Assembly (NCBI GenBank): GCA_965637545.1
Contig: OZ281499.1
Span: 16,306,001-16,370,000, forward strand
Reading direction: 5' to 3'
DNA length: 64,000 nucleotides
DNA from: Phallusia mammillata
Lineage: Eukaryota
Shown: positions 12,101 to 24,900 of the stretch, piece by piece
Layout of the letters: every line of letters begins with the position of its first letter
Numbering within the stretch: the first letter of the stretch is position 1
The notes under the pieces: model-generated
Told to the model about the DNA's origin: nothing
Databases searched by the model: none
Seen by the model: only the letters and a program-made list of their open reading frames with translations
Position numbers and translations under genes: made by a program

Positions 12101-15100
12101 CATATTTAGATGCGAATTTAAAAGATTTGAAGTTCTACTGTTAAGATCTGTGTGTATCGTGTCTGATATATAACGTCAATTAATAACAAATAACAGAACG
12201 TTCCTTTTAGTATTATTCCACCATTATCAAGCATTCATTTATTTCTCTGTTGCATTTTAGGTGTTAGGAAACCCCGATCATTGGCCGGTTTTACTGGCCC
12301 TGATAGGTTTCCCAGGACTTCTATATTTGATATGCTGCACGTTTCTGGCGAACAGTCCGAGGTTATTGCACAAGCATGCGTTTGTGCTTGCAGCTTGCAA
12401 TCATGGTGTTAGATCGGTTATGTTTCAAATTTTGTTCCTGCATGTATTCTGCTCTGAATTTTCATGCCACAACTTTTAGGGTGTGGTGTTGCACGGTGTT
12501 TTTTTGCATTTTTGGAACACTAATCGCTTTAAGGTTCATATGGGAACATCCACAACGGTTTCGTAAACACTAAACAATTGAAATTCAAAGAGCTGCAAAG
12601 CGTTTTAAAACCTTCATTGCTTTTCCCAATAAAATATTTGATTTCTTTTATGTGCGATAGGTCACTTGCACTTTTTTCCTATTTACTATTGTACAGATTT
12701 CTCCTAAATGTACCATCTCTCCCTGACCAGTGTTTCAGGATGAGAATCACTGGTTTTGTTTCGATTGTGTTTACAATTTAAAATCCTATTTTTTACTAAT
12801 CAAAAGTGTATGATGTAGTAGTTTTAGTTTCTTTTCAGCATGGCTTACTTGATTTGGGTGTTAATTTTTCCGCGCCTATGCCATCAAAGAGCAAAATAGC
12901 ACGCTTGGCGATGTGCCTCTTAGTTCTTCTTTTTATTTGCTTGGTAGACTTGATGCTAATTTGTGAACAATCACGTTTTGTATAGAGGTGTGGCAATCGA
13001 CCTGATGGACAAAAGTTTATAAAAAAGACACTTGAAAGCTAAACTTCGTGGAAATGTTTAATTTCATTTTGCAATATTAGGACTTTGTATCTGACGAAAG
13101 GTGACACTTTCGGCGCCGAAGAGCTGCTTAAAAAGCTTCGTAACTCGGACGATGTCGGTGACGAAATGGAAATTCTGGCAAAGGAAAAACGTGAACAGGA
13201 ATCAACATCACTTATGACTGTGCTGGAGGTTAATTACTGCTTTTATTTCACAAAACAAATCAAAATAATATCTGTAAACAAGTAGCAATTTACGTTTTAA
13301 CATATCATGCATACGTGTCAGCATGCATTTTTTATTGCCTTGATGTAAAATGGAGCATGTAGCTTTATGTAATGCATCATTTAGTGTAGAATTATTACAT
13401 TGGCCCTAATGATCAGCCTTTTTACGTGTTGCCGATTTGGGCATTATGTTACGTAATAGTACGCATACTACACTTTATTTTCGATGCATAATTCCTCAGT
13501 TTGCACCTACCACTTAAGTGCACAAAATCCGCTCAGATTCAAGTTGCGAACGTTACTTTGATACTATTGTGCATTCATGCTTTCATTAATCACCTATGCA
13601 TTTTTGCAGCTGTTTCGGTCAGGTACGTTACGTCACCAAGTCGTGGCCACTTTGGTTGTTTCTTTGAGTCAACAGTTGTCGGGACTTAACGGGGTGGTGA
13701 TCTACATGAACCAGCTTTTTGGACTTGCTGGAGTACCTGAAAATGTTGTTCCATTTTGCTCCATCGCCAGTACTGCGCTTTTGTCCTTTTCAACTCTTGG
13801 AACGGTAGGTATGAACTTAACGGGTATTGCTGCATAACACACAACTAAACGATGTGTTATGCAGCACTCATTCCACCCGCTATTTGTGCTAGTCGGTGAC
13901 AAACACCGAGACCAAACAACCTTCCCTTACATACCAGCTTTTTTTGTTTGTGCGCTGACTAACTTGTTTTTTTTTTTCAACACGTTCAAAACGTGCTGAA
14001 CATTTTAAATCTTTCCTTTTTCCAGGTGTAACGTTACATTTCTTAAGTCACAAATTCACACTACAATTTAATTTCCGTTTCAAACCACCATTTGTTAACG
14101 AAGTTACTGTAGGAAGTGCATCAACTCCTTATCCCAGCTTTTTTAATTTTTCCACTTGTAGTGTTGGAAAAGCTACTAACACCGATACTTAGGCCTACTT
14201 CAGTCGCACATTAAACTAATTTTCGATGGTGGCTCAAAGAAGCTCTACCTATAGTGTTTGTCGAGTAGGTTACCAGGCATGAAAATTGAACTATGCATTA
14301 TTTAACGTTTGAACTGTACCCATGTTTGTGCAGGTTCGGCTTCTTGATAGACTAGGACGAAAACCACTACTTAAATACGGTTTCATGGGACAAGCTTCTT
14401 CACTCATACTGTTGACTATCACAGCTGAAATAAAAACAGAAGCTACTTGGCTTCCCTACCTCTCTCTTATATTTGCTTCAGGTACAAAACCGTAAAAATC
14501 AATTACTCGCAGTATTCTTTACATTGACCTCCTTGCGCTTATTAAAATGCCGTTTTTGGCAGGTTTTTGTCCAATAATATGTCCCGAAACTAGTAATAAA
14601 CTCCTCTTTTCAGGTCTACGACGTCTACTGTAACTAATCCTTAAGTATGCAATTTGGTTTTAAAAAGTTCATAACCCACACTCCACATAACAAAACAAAT
14701 GAGGTCTATGTTGTGTATATGTTGGGTTTATTCCAGTTTATTTCTAGTATTTCTCGTCTCATTTGCCGTTGGACCAGGACCAGTGACTCTTCTGCTGGTA
14801 TCAGAAATCTTTCCACAACGATCCCGTCCTGCCGCTATCACTTTGTCATGTGTTAGTATTTTCTTTGGCTTCGCCGTTACAGTTATTGTCTGGCCTTACA
14901 TGCAGGTAGGTCTAAAATCATTTAATTTGATCTGGGCTATTTATATGAGTTGGCTCTGTGTTAAGAGCTTGCTAGCTTAGAAAGGTTTTGCAATACAAAA
15001 TGGTTTTCGTACCTTTGGTTTTGTTTCGCAAGTAAAATCGGCAAATACAAAACCTTGTGGGCACGCAATACACTATTACGTTTTTGGTATAACTTATAAA

Positions 15101-15606
15101 ACACTAATAATCAAACTTATTGTGGCCCTTATTGTAAACACTTAACAAAAGAGTTCAATAAAGTCCGGCATTTATTGTTAATTTTTAAAACCTTTGGGGA
15201 ATGTAATGGTCCTCCAAAAAACGTAAAAAGTGACCTGTTATCTTCTACACCTAAGCAAAGTAATTATGATTTTTGCCCAATGTCATTATAACGTCTATTT
15301 GGTCCATTAGATTTTTGCCCAATGTCATTATAACGTCTATTTGGTCCAAAGAGATCCATATAGTTATAATTGACATTTTTTGTGCAGTCGTCTATGGGTG
15401 GATATGCGTATTTGCCGTTCGCGTTCATAGCAGTCAGTTGTGCGGTGTTTGTGCATCTCTGTGTGCCCGAAACCAAAGGAAAAACCTTCGTAGAGACTGA
15501 ACGTGCATTTCATTCTATGCAAATCGATCACAAATGGTGCAAAGGCAAAACCGAACCTGTCGAAATCAATGCAAATTCTCCGATGCACGCAGACACAAGT
15601 GTTTAA
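9134..15606 (+). CDS. Divergent facilitative sugar transporter, SLC2A/GLUT (sugar porter, MFS) family; 11 exons, 534 aa
   Basis: Exons 9134-9247, 9579-9710, 9914-10045, 10155-10290, 10701-10822, 12261-12361, 13081-13228, 13610-13804, 14334-14481, 14748-14905, 15388-15606 total 1605 nt in frame. Motifs: PYGYALGSVN, N-glycosylation site NTT in loop 1, GRFVVG, PMYSVEVVPKEWRG, SPR, QQLSGLNG, DRLGRKPL, GPGP, EIFPQRSRPAA, VPETKGKT. The start ATG at 9134 is the least certain element. Confidence 0.93.
11030..11520. mobile_element. hAT (Charlie-like) MITE, 491 bp, in SLC2A intron 5
   Basis: Perfect 16-bp TIRs caggggtgggcaaact (11030-11045) and agtttgcccacccctg (11505-11520). 8-bp TSD atctagtg / atcttgtg with one mismatch, resembling the Charlie NTCTAGAN target. 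GGCCCGC-rich subterminal motifs. Confidence 0.9.
15268..15348. repeat. Exact tandem duplication, 39-bp core, period 42, SLC2A intron 10
   Basis: gatttttgcccaatgtcattataacgtctatttggtcca at 15268-15306 and 15310-15348. Confidence 0.95.
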
Positions 15607-16325
15607 CTGTTTTTCTAAAATTGGGTGCAATTCTCAGACATTGTCGGGTACTCTTGTCCTACTGTCATCTTTGTTTATCTATATTTTTTTGTTTGTAGTA
15701 TACATCAAGTGGGCAATTTTTAAGTTGTCCAACCCTTTGTTACGCGAAAAAGCCCATGGAGCCATTTTGTGTCCAAATTGATGCACTTTAAATTATTGCA
15801 TTATCACGCTTAAATGTTTGAACCCAAAAGTTTCATTTAATTTAGTCAATCAAATTCGCGTCAAAGCCCATCAGTTTATAAAAAAACAGAGAGTTTATGT
15901 GTTTTTCCCTTTACCTGCTGTATTATTTTGGACACATTATGGCGTCCATGAAGCTGTATCGCGTAAAATGGCTTGGATAACTTGTGTTATATAGACTTTG
16001 GTAGAGATTGATCTCAAAATTCAGTAAAACGTAGCAAATAACGTTGTTTTATGAAAATGAAGTGAACATGTAAAATAATTTAGTTACACTTGATTCACAC
16101 AACGGCCTTATCGAGTTATTAAGTTGAACTACTTGTTGATTGCCCACAAACTTAAAATGTCTATGTTTTCCAACCTTGATTTAATGGCAAATGACTAAAA
16201 ACTGGCAGTTATTCACGTGCTATATCCATTGAAGTGATTTCTAAACAGTTGTTTTTTAATAACCTAAAGGCAACATTCTTTAAAAGCAGTCGTGTTAGTC
16301 GAAATGTTACAACTTATAACCTCAT

Positions 16326-16356
16326 TTGGCCCGCGGGCCCAGATTGCACATCCCTG
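16326..16356. mobile_element. hAT MITE right-end remnant
   Basis: ggcccgcgggcc...ttgcacatccctg followed by gtttaggc, the same 8-mer that flanks the element ending at 21540. No left end was found. Confidence 0.5.
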
Positions 16357-18928
16357 GTTTAGGCTACTGAAAATATGTTCATAAACTACTTGTTTATCAC
16401 CGTAAAATCCTTTGCTGTCATACTGTTTATAGTTGCAATAGAAACTTTAGTTTAATTGCAGTTCTTTGAAGCTCTATTTTTTATGCACAAATTCCAGCAA
16501 TACCACAGCACTTCAAAATACTCAGCGTTTTCTATACACCACTGTCGAAAAATCCTTGAATCCATTTGCTTAAACTATGAATCCCCTTTCTCATGGTATC
16601 GTATAAAAATGAAAACCTATATACTTACACACTACATAGCCGATATTTTTATACAATGTCATTATACACCAGAGCAGGTATGATAACCTCTTGCTTCGTT
16701 GATATTTATTCTGCGGTAAATTAATGTATTTTTGCCCGACTGAAAAAAGTTCATTAGGTTGCAATTTTTTTGCGCTGGCGCGTATTATGCAAAAATCTTA
16801 TGTTAAAATGTAAAACCCACAGCCTGTGTTGTGTGCTTTATGGCTGGAGAATGTGGAATTTAATCTAAACGCAATTTTTTGTCATGTGCCTTTAATACGT
16901 TTCAACCGCTAGTTCTAAATACGTTTAACCGGATAAAATCTTCGACCCTTCTAATGTAGTCAAGATAAAAGTTCAAAAATAAATGTAGAATCGTCGGTAC
17001 ATCCTATATTTCGTATACTCTATGTTCGACTGCGTCATTTGAGACTGATTGTCTGAAATTTTAACCGTTATTTGTTGGTAAATATGCCTATTGTCGAAAA
17101 TTCTAGAAATATCAACTTGTTCATTGTAATCTTTCTGTGTCTTCGTAAACACTGTAGTTCTTTGAAGGGTCTAATTTGAAATGTATCCTCAAAAAATCGT
17201 ATTTTTTAGCTGACCTTTGTAAGAGACAATGTTATGCTTATCTGAAAAAGCTCGTTAGATAACCGCCCGTTATTGCATTCAAGTATACATTATTTTTTTT
17301 TGACAACTAACAGATTTTGTACATTAAACACTGTTACTACAAATGAAGTGCTATTTTCCGCTGATGTAGCCTATATACTTTTTTATTTATTTACAGAAAT
17401 CCTGTTTACCATACAATGTTATTTTATGGTTACTATGTGCGTTATATTCCGTGTGTATATTATCAAAAATTGGTTTGATGTCAATAAAAAGAAATAAACC
17501 ACCTTGTGAATGCTAAGTTATATAAAGTATAATGTTGGTAAAAACTTGTTTTGAAATGTAAACTCAAAACGATAAATATATATCCTGCATGCGTTATCAA
17601 GTGACGGTGTAACAAACACATGGCATATAAACACAATCCACCAACTACAAAGCTAATCACCAAGGTCTGTGCAGGGCTGTTCATTACAGCGAATTCAACA
17701 ATACAACAACTGATACCCTAGTTAAGGTGTGCCCTAGCCATTGATCCCGGACTTATATCAACTCGAGCCTGAGCGATACAGAAAAAACAAGAAAAAGTTG
17801 TTTTGTAACACCTTTTTAAGGAATTGAACCCCAAGGTGCACCACGACAGTTGCTTCGCATTGGTTATAAATGGTAGGCCTAAATGAAAGGGGGAATATGG
17901 TTAACCTGAGTCATTTTTTGTTTGTTTGCTTGATGAATAAAAACAGCGACAATAGCACTAAAACAATCGCCAAGCGGGAAATAGCTGCGTAACGTTAAAA
18001 CATTATAACGCGCAAAAAAGTGTAGGGCACCATTGGTGAAAATTGTAGCCCAAAATTGCACAATGCATTAAAACTGTCAAATACAATTCACAGTTCAATC
18101 ACAGAGCAATTTGGTATCTGTATTGGCTACATCCTAATAAGGAAACAAAGCGAAAATGAGCTGTCGTGCATTCATAATAAACCGACTTTGCCGAATAGTT
18201 TCCCTTGGGAACCAAACGGAGTTTAAATTTTTGAATTGCAACGTGGCGCAGGCGTTAAAGGCACTTTTCAATCAACTACTTGTGTGATTGTTTATTTGAT
18301 GCACATAAAAGCAGCTAAAATTCCAGCAATTGGCAAAACCCTTATAGGAACAGGCGTTCCCATATCCGTCCACTTTAGCAGATATTTTTTAGTCAATAAT
18401 CACAGTCTGTAAGAGCTAACGCATCCTGTTTTATAAAGCAATAGTCAGTATCTGAGCCTATTTTTTGTAACTATAACTGCCTAAAATTAAAGTTATGTAA
18501 CGCAACTAATCAGCATTTTTTGTAGTCGGTGATAACCGCTATATATTGTAATACATTTGTTCAATGAATCTTGTACTTCATCAAAGCATTTTAGTGGTGG
18601 TGCTTCATCAAGTATTTTAGTCTTGTTGGGAACTGCTAGTGAAAAGATTTAGTTCAGACTTGAGAAAGTTTTAAACAATTACGTTATAAAGGATTTTGTG
18701 GTCATTAGGGGATTTCTGCTTTGGTGAAAACATTGAAACGCGTATTTCATACATATTGTGTTAAGGTTGACAATATTCTGCTTACCTAAGACTGTATGTG
18801 GTTCCTTAATGTCAGCTACGACATATAATTACGTTAATAGTAGATGCACCGCACTGAATAAAGCTATACATGACAGTCTTAAACATACTTTAACATTTCT
18901 ACTTACAACTGTACTCTGCAGCATCAAG

Positions 18929-21900
18929 ATGTTGCTCTGCAATTATCGTGGAGTAGTTGTTTGTCTTCTGCTTCTGTGTTGTTGGGAAACAAATGGATTT
19001 GGGTACTTAGACAAGGAATTTTCGGAATTTGACATGGAGATTGACGACGACAGTTTTGACGATAATGAAATGGTGAGATTTAAATGTCCGGTGTCCTAAA
19101 TCAAGCCATTTACCTGTTATGTCAAAATGGTAATGAATTCGATTGTCAACATCTAACAGTGCTTGATTTAAGCTAATTTCAATGGAAACCAGAAAACTGA
19201 GTTTTAAACCAAGTTTTTCAGAACATTAATATTAACAAAAACGAGGTAGTTCTTATGTTTCAAATTTTATCTAAAAAGTGGCTACCTAAACATGAACTCC
19301 CAAAGCGTTTGGCGTGCCATGCAAAAATCACATTGCTTGCTAAGCTGCTTGCTAAGGTAGCATGAACTCCACAACAGTTAAAGCTTCAGTTTAGTAATTT
19401 GATTTGGTTCATGGAAGTTAACAAAGGATTCAAATTTTACTCAGGAAAGAAAATTGGGTATGGAGTCCGAAGATAATCTTCATCAAGAAGAAGACATACT
19501 GCCGCTCAATGATTTAATAGATGATGAGGAAAGAGTCTTAGCCGCGATTGACTCTCAAGATGTAGAGGAGCATTTTCTGGACAAAGATGCTGATGATGTT
19601 GAAAGGGGGGAATCAGGTGCTAGCGATGAACATCTTATGGGGAGTAAAGTTACTGAGGATAACTTTCTGGAAAATATGTTGATGGACATCTTGCGTAATT
19701 ACGATGTGAATGGAATAAGTAAGTCCTTTAATGGCGACTATGTTGAATGCAAAAAAACAAACAAAACTACAAAAATACGACACTTAGATTGTTTATATTC
19801 GTAACAAAGTGATACAAATCTTTTCACAGGAAATATGAATTAACCAATTTTGCTGTGTTGGCAACTCAACAAGTTTGAAACTGCAACACTTTGTTCCATT
19901 GTTTTTTTTTTTGTACTGTAATGACAAAGATCAACATATAACAGTTACAGGATTTATAATTGTAATTAAAACACATTCTTTGTTTCGGCAGCCACCCATC
20001 GTACCAGCTGCCCAGTGTTCGTTAAACCAACGTTGCACGCGAAAATCAACTGCGGCAAGGTCACAACTATGTTCGGCAAGATCAAGTGGTGTCACGTACA
20101 ATGCAACACAGGATACAAGTAATTTGCCCCTTGCCTTACAATTACACATGTGAATTTTCGCTATGTGGTGTTTTAAATGTCCTACATCATCGTACATACA
20201 ACTAGTTTTCATCGTTTTAACATTGGTTGAACTAACGCATTTTGTTGTTTGAGTTTAGACTCAAGCACACGTTTCCGCAATACGAACTTTGTGGAAAATC
20301 TACTAAATATCGTTGGACCTATGAACTTCGAGGGCTAATTGAGGGGACAGAACGCTGTGTTCCAGGTAGGACTTTATCAAGTGAAACGAATTTGTTTCTC
20401 AGGCATCATATAATTTCTGTATGAAACTATTTTCTGAAGTGTCACAATTTTTCTGTAGGATCCAGCTCCCAAAATTTAACAGCTTGCACAACTACGGAAT
20501 GCTTTGGGACAGGTAAGCCACAAACTTTGCAACCGCCATTATTTATTTTTACATTAAACTCTTGTACTTGTTATAATATACAACCTTTATTTGAAAAAGG
20601 AGCAAACAGTTTATTGCTTTTTAGTCATGCACAAAAGCTCAATCCGTTTCGCAGCCAAATTTGTTTAATAGTTTAAATCTAAAATTAACTTGATCTGAGT
20701 TAATATTTAAAATCTTCAAGGTTGCTTTACATCATTTAATTCCTTTCAAGTTTTAAAAATCGTTGATATTGTTTGTCTTTTACCTTTGCAGCTTCGTATT
20801 ACATGAACCGAATCGATTTTGCGGTGAATCCATGCAACGACTTTTACGACTTTGCCTGTGGACGTTGGATCAAAGAAAACCCGATTCCAGCTTTCGAAAA
20901 CAAACTCGACACGATGGCAATTGTTCGCGAAAGGGTTTTTAATAATGTCGCAGGTAACACACAGCTGCTAGGAAAATGGTACGACTACTAACACAAGAAT
21001 CAACAGATCAAAAGTTTGCTAAATACCGATAGATGGCGTAAAAAACGCATTTAAAAAACAGTGAGTCTGGGGTACGTTTAGGGCAGGGGTGTCCAACACG
21101 TGGCACGCGTGCCAAAAGTGGCACGCAGAGCATTTGAAAATTTTCTTCTGCACATTCAGATGGTAAACATGAGGATTTATCAGGCAATTAATATTTTTCT
21201 ACTGATTCTTCTCCAAATTTAGTAAAGATTATCAGTATCAAGGTTACACAAACCCACTGATTAAATTGGTCGTTTTTTGAGCCCCGTTGCAAACTATTTG
21301 TATCTTGTGTCGCATAAACGGAATAAAATGTTTCTGGAGTATCACAAACAAGTTTACTCGCATTTGACGACATATATTTTTCTAATTAATTAGGGTTTTA
21401 CATATTGGCAAAATTTTCGGATTGAGCCCATACCGTTAACACGTTTAAGACATGGTTTGGAAAAAGTACCAAACGTTGGCACGCAAGTATATTTTAAAAC
21501 CAAAATTGGCACGGTGGTGTGTTCGAGTTGGACACCCCTGGTTTAGGCAGTAAAGGAACCAGTTTTTCAGGTTCATCCAGTTGGTATTACTACTATGAAA
21601 TCTCAGTCCAACCCTAATAGCCCTTACCGAGAGCATTTCAAAAATGCTCTCAAATAAGAACTTACATCAGAGAGAAGTTTCTATTTACCGATGGCGTTAA
21701 GACCTCTGGTAATTACTTACGTGAAACAGGTGACTTTAAGGCTGTTTGATTTGAGGAGCCTTTTTATAATAAAAATATCTTTAAAACTAACTTAAAAACT
21801 TTCCTACACTTTCCCTTTCTGAAACTAATTCGTCAATGCTCTTTTTGCCATTTTTTAATATTTAGCAAACTTTGTCTGATATGAGTTATTTTTTCCCTTG

Positions 21901-24900
21901 CCTAGCAAAAAGATTTTTATTTGATCAGTACGATTTCTATTGGATCATATGTTGTTTTCTGCAGCCTTACTAGGTAAACCGTACAAAAAGGGCGAATGTG
22001 CTGCTGTAAAGAAGGCGAAAATTGCGTACAAGGCTTGCATGAACACAGGTAATAAATTTCTTATCCTTATAAAAAGGAACTTAAAGTAAAGACAAGAGGG
22101 GCTACTGACCCAATGGGTTTGTAAAAGGGAGCTGAATATGTTAGAAACTAACGTTCTAGATTGATTGACTAAGCGGTTTGATATCCAATTTGTTCGCAGC
22201 ACTTATCGACAAGCTTGACGACAAACCGCTCAAAAAGCTGCTGAAAGGTTCAAAAATGGGTTGGCCTATTGTCGACAAAACGTGGAAAACCAGTGGTTTG
22301 TTCGTCGAAAAAACGTGGGCAAAAATACGTGGCCTGTACAACAATCAAGTTTTCATGAAGGTGACGGTAGCAAGGAAAAACGGGACCCATGTTATTCAGG
22401 TAACTGTTAAGATTAAGCTTGCAAGAAAGCGGGTACAATATCGAATGTTAATTAAGCATTCAAGTTGGGATTTTTCTCGATTTTGCAACCCTGTTACTTG
22501 CAAGAAGATTTGAGTTGAGCCTGGCGATTGTTAAACAATTGTCCTGATTATACAATATCGAATGTAATCCAAGCATTCAAGTTGGGATTTTGCTTGATTT
22601 TGCAACCATGTTACTTGCAAACATAGTGTGTCGAGCCTGACTACTGATAAATAATTACCCTGTTTTTTTGATCTGATTTGAAAATCGATTGATTTGAAAA
22701 CTATTGTACACACCGAAACTGTAACTTGTGATCAATTTTCAGACATGGAATGGCGGGCTTGCACTTCCCACTTCTTACTACCTGGATGGTCGACACGAAG
22801 CTGTAAGTTTTTTAAAACAATTTGCTTTATAATCTGCCATTACCGCACAAAAAAGGTTAATATAAAATCAGATATTAGTTACAAAGGAAATTTAAATAAG
22901 TATCTAGATCAGACGTATAAGTCGGGCTGGGCTTTTCGGGCCGGGTTCGGTTCAAGGCCGATTTCCGATTTCACACCTTGTGTTCGTAATTTCAAAGAAA
23001 TGAAATTACCCAGCTAAGTACCTAGTTGCTGGACTTAACCTAATGTCCTACAGTCCCAAAATGACCCATTTAAGCCATTGTATATTATTGTCTATTGTGT
23101 ACGTCATTTTTTATTACAGACCTGACAATCAAACTTTTTAGGGCCAAAGCAGGCTCTTCAAAAGCGATTCGGGTTTGGGCCCGCTTACATCTCTGATACA
23201 GACACATATCTTTATAGAAGGTGTTTTCTAAAAAAAGTAATTGTCAAGAAATTGCCACAATTAACATGGTTATAACGCACAAGATAGTAATAGTGCCAGT
23301 TTATTTACCATGTGCCACAATAAGTTTGGCGCGCGGCAGACTTTGGTTGGTAGGCAAGTTTTTGGGCACAGGACTTTCATTAGAAACTACAGGGTATGAT
23401 TTTCTTAATTGCAGAAATTGAAAGCTTATTACGACCTATTTCGCGACATTGCACTTATGCTTGGAGGTGACCCGAAAACCGTGGCAAAAGATGTTAGTTC
23501 TGTAAAAAAGTTCGAAAGGAAGTTGGCGTATCACAAAGTTCATGACAAATATCAACACACGTCAATGACCATCAAAGAAATGCAACTGAAGATTCCTGGA
23601 GTGGTAAGAATTTGTGTTTGTTAATGATCTTGTGTTTTCATTTGGAAACAACAAGACATGATATGATTCAGTTTAATTGCTGGTAAAACGCTTTTTAAGC
23701 CTAACTAAAAAGCGTTTGTATGTTTCTTTTTCTTTGCTTTATGATTCAAAACTAAATTTACATAAGAATATCCAATCCTGTAGTTTTACGTTTTCAATTC
23801 TATATCTGTAGTTTTACGTATGTAACTTTTGTTTTCTTGTCCTTACAATTTAACTATAAAAATGAGTCAATAACACTTGTTATAGAAGGGTCTTAACATT
23901 TCCTGTGGACCAACCTTTCCAATTATTGTGTCATAACAAACATTAAAAGTCTTATTTTTAGATGAATTGGCTAAAAACTTTCAAACTCATGATTCTGTCG
24001 CACCGCATTACGAAATCAACTGTTATTCAAGTGTGGAATGTGAAATTCATGCAAAACCTTCAAGCTCTAATCAAAAGCGGTGGCAAAAGGTACCGAATGC
24101 GTTCAAATTCCCGCACGTTGTACGGCATTTTCTTGTATTTTCATTTGTTTGAAAGGACTGTGCAAAACTACATCATATGGCGACTGGTGAAACACCGAGT
24201 CAAGAATCTGAGTTTGCGATTCCAGAAGCGATACTTGATGTATGAGAAGGCGCTATACGGGACTCGATCTCTTACATCTAGGAGTTATAAATGCTCTTCT
24301 GAGTTAATTCTATCCATGAAGGGAGCTACAAGCAAATTGTACATCGACAAGCACTTTCCAACATCTAAAAAGAAGGCCGTAAGTATTGTTTATGCTCCTA
24401 AAATGTTGGTTAACTTCTAAATGAGTTGCTTACACTATTTTTAAATAGACCCACAAACCACAATGCATACGTATGAAAATAGAAGCAAATATGAAAAAAA
24501 TAAGTACAACTTATTGTCAGTTGGTACAGGTCATTATTTCACTAATGATGACAATAGTTTTGTCGAAACGTTTGAATAATAAAAGTGATATGTTTTTTGC
24601 AACTTTAATGTTTATTTCGCTTTTAATTAAACTGCGTTTAAGTCCGTTTCATGTGCAACTAAATTAGTAAAAAGATTTCCTCATATTTTTAATGTGCCCT
24701 CAAGATCGGTGCTACAGTCAGAATTAGCACTATTCCAAAAAACTAATAACAAAGCAAAAAACTACACGTTCTTACACGTAATATTGAAACTACTCGTTAA
24801 AGCACATACAAATATTAGTAAGTCTGAAAGTAACATTGGTAGATAAATTCTTGACTAGGAATTGTGAGAATTGTTGACTTAAACGAAGCAAAGTTTAACT

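Noticed and set aside
17820-17880. tRNA or SINE from B-box-like GGTTCAATTCC (minus strand); also A-box-like GCTCAGTGGTA near 44290
   Set aside because: Each box lacks its partner at the right spacing, and no cloverleaf can be folded.
18292-18363. Minus-strand sORF MGTPVPIRVLPIAGILAAFMCIK* and nearby hydrophobic sORFs as micropeptides
   Set aside because: T-rich strands produce hydrophobic sORFs by chance. There is no homology or internal repetition to support them.
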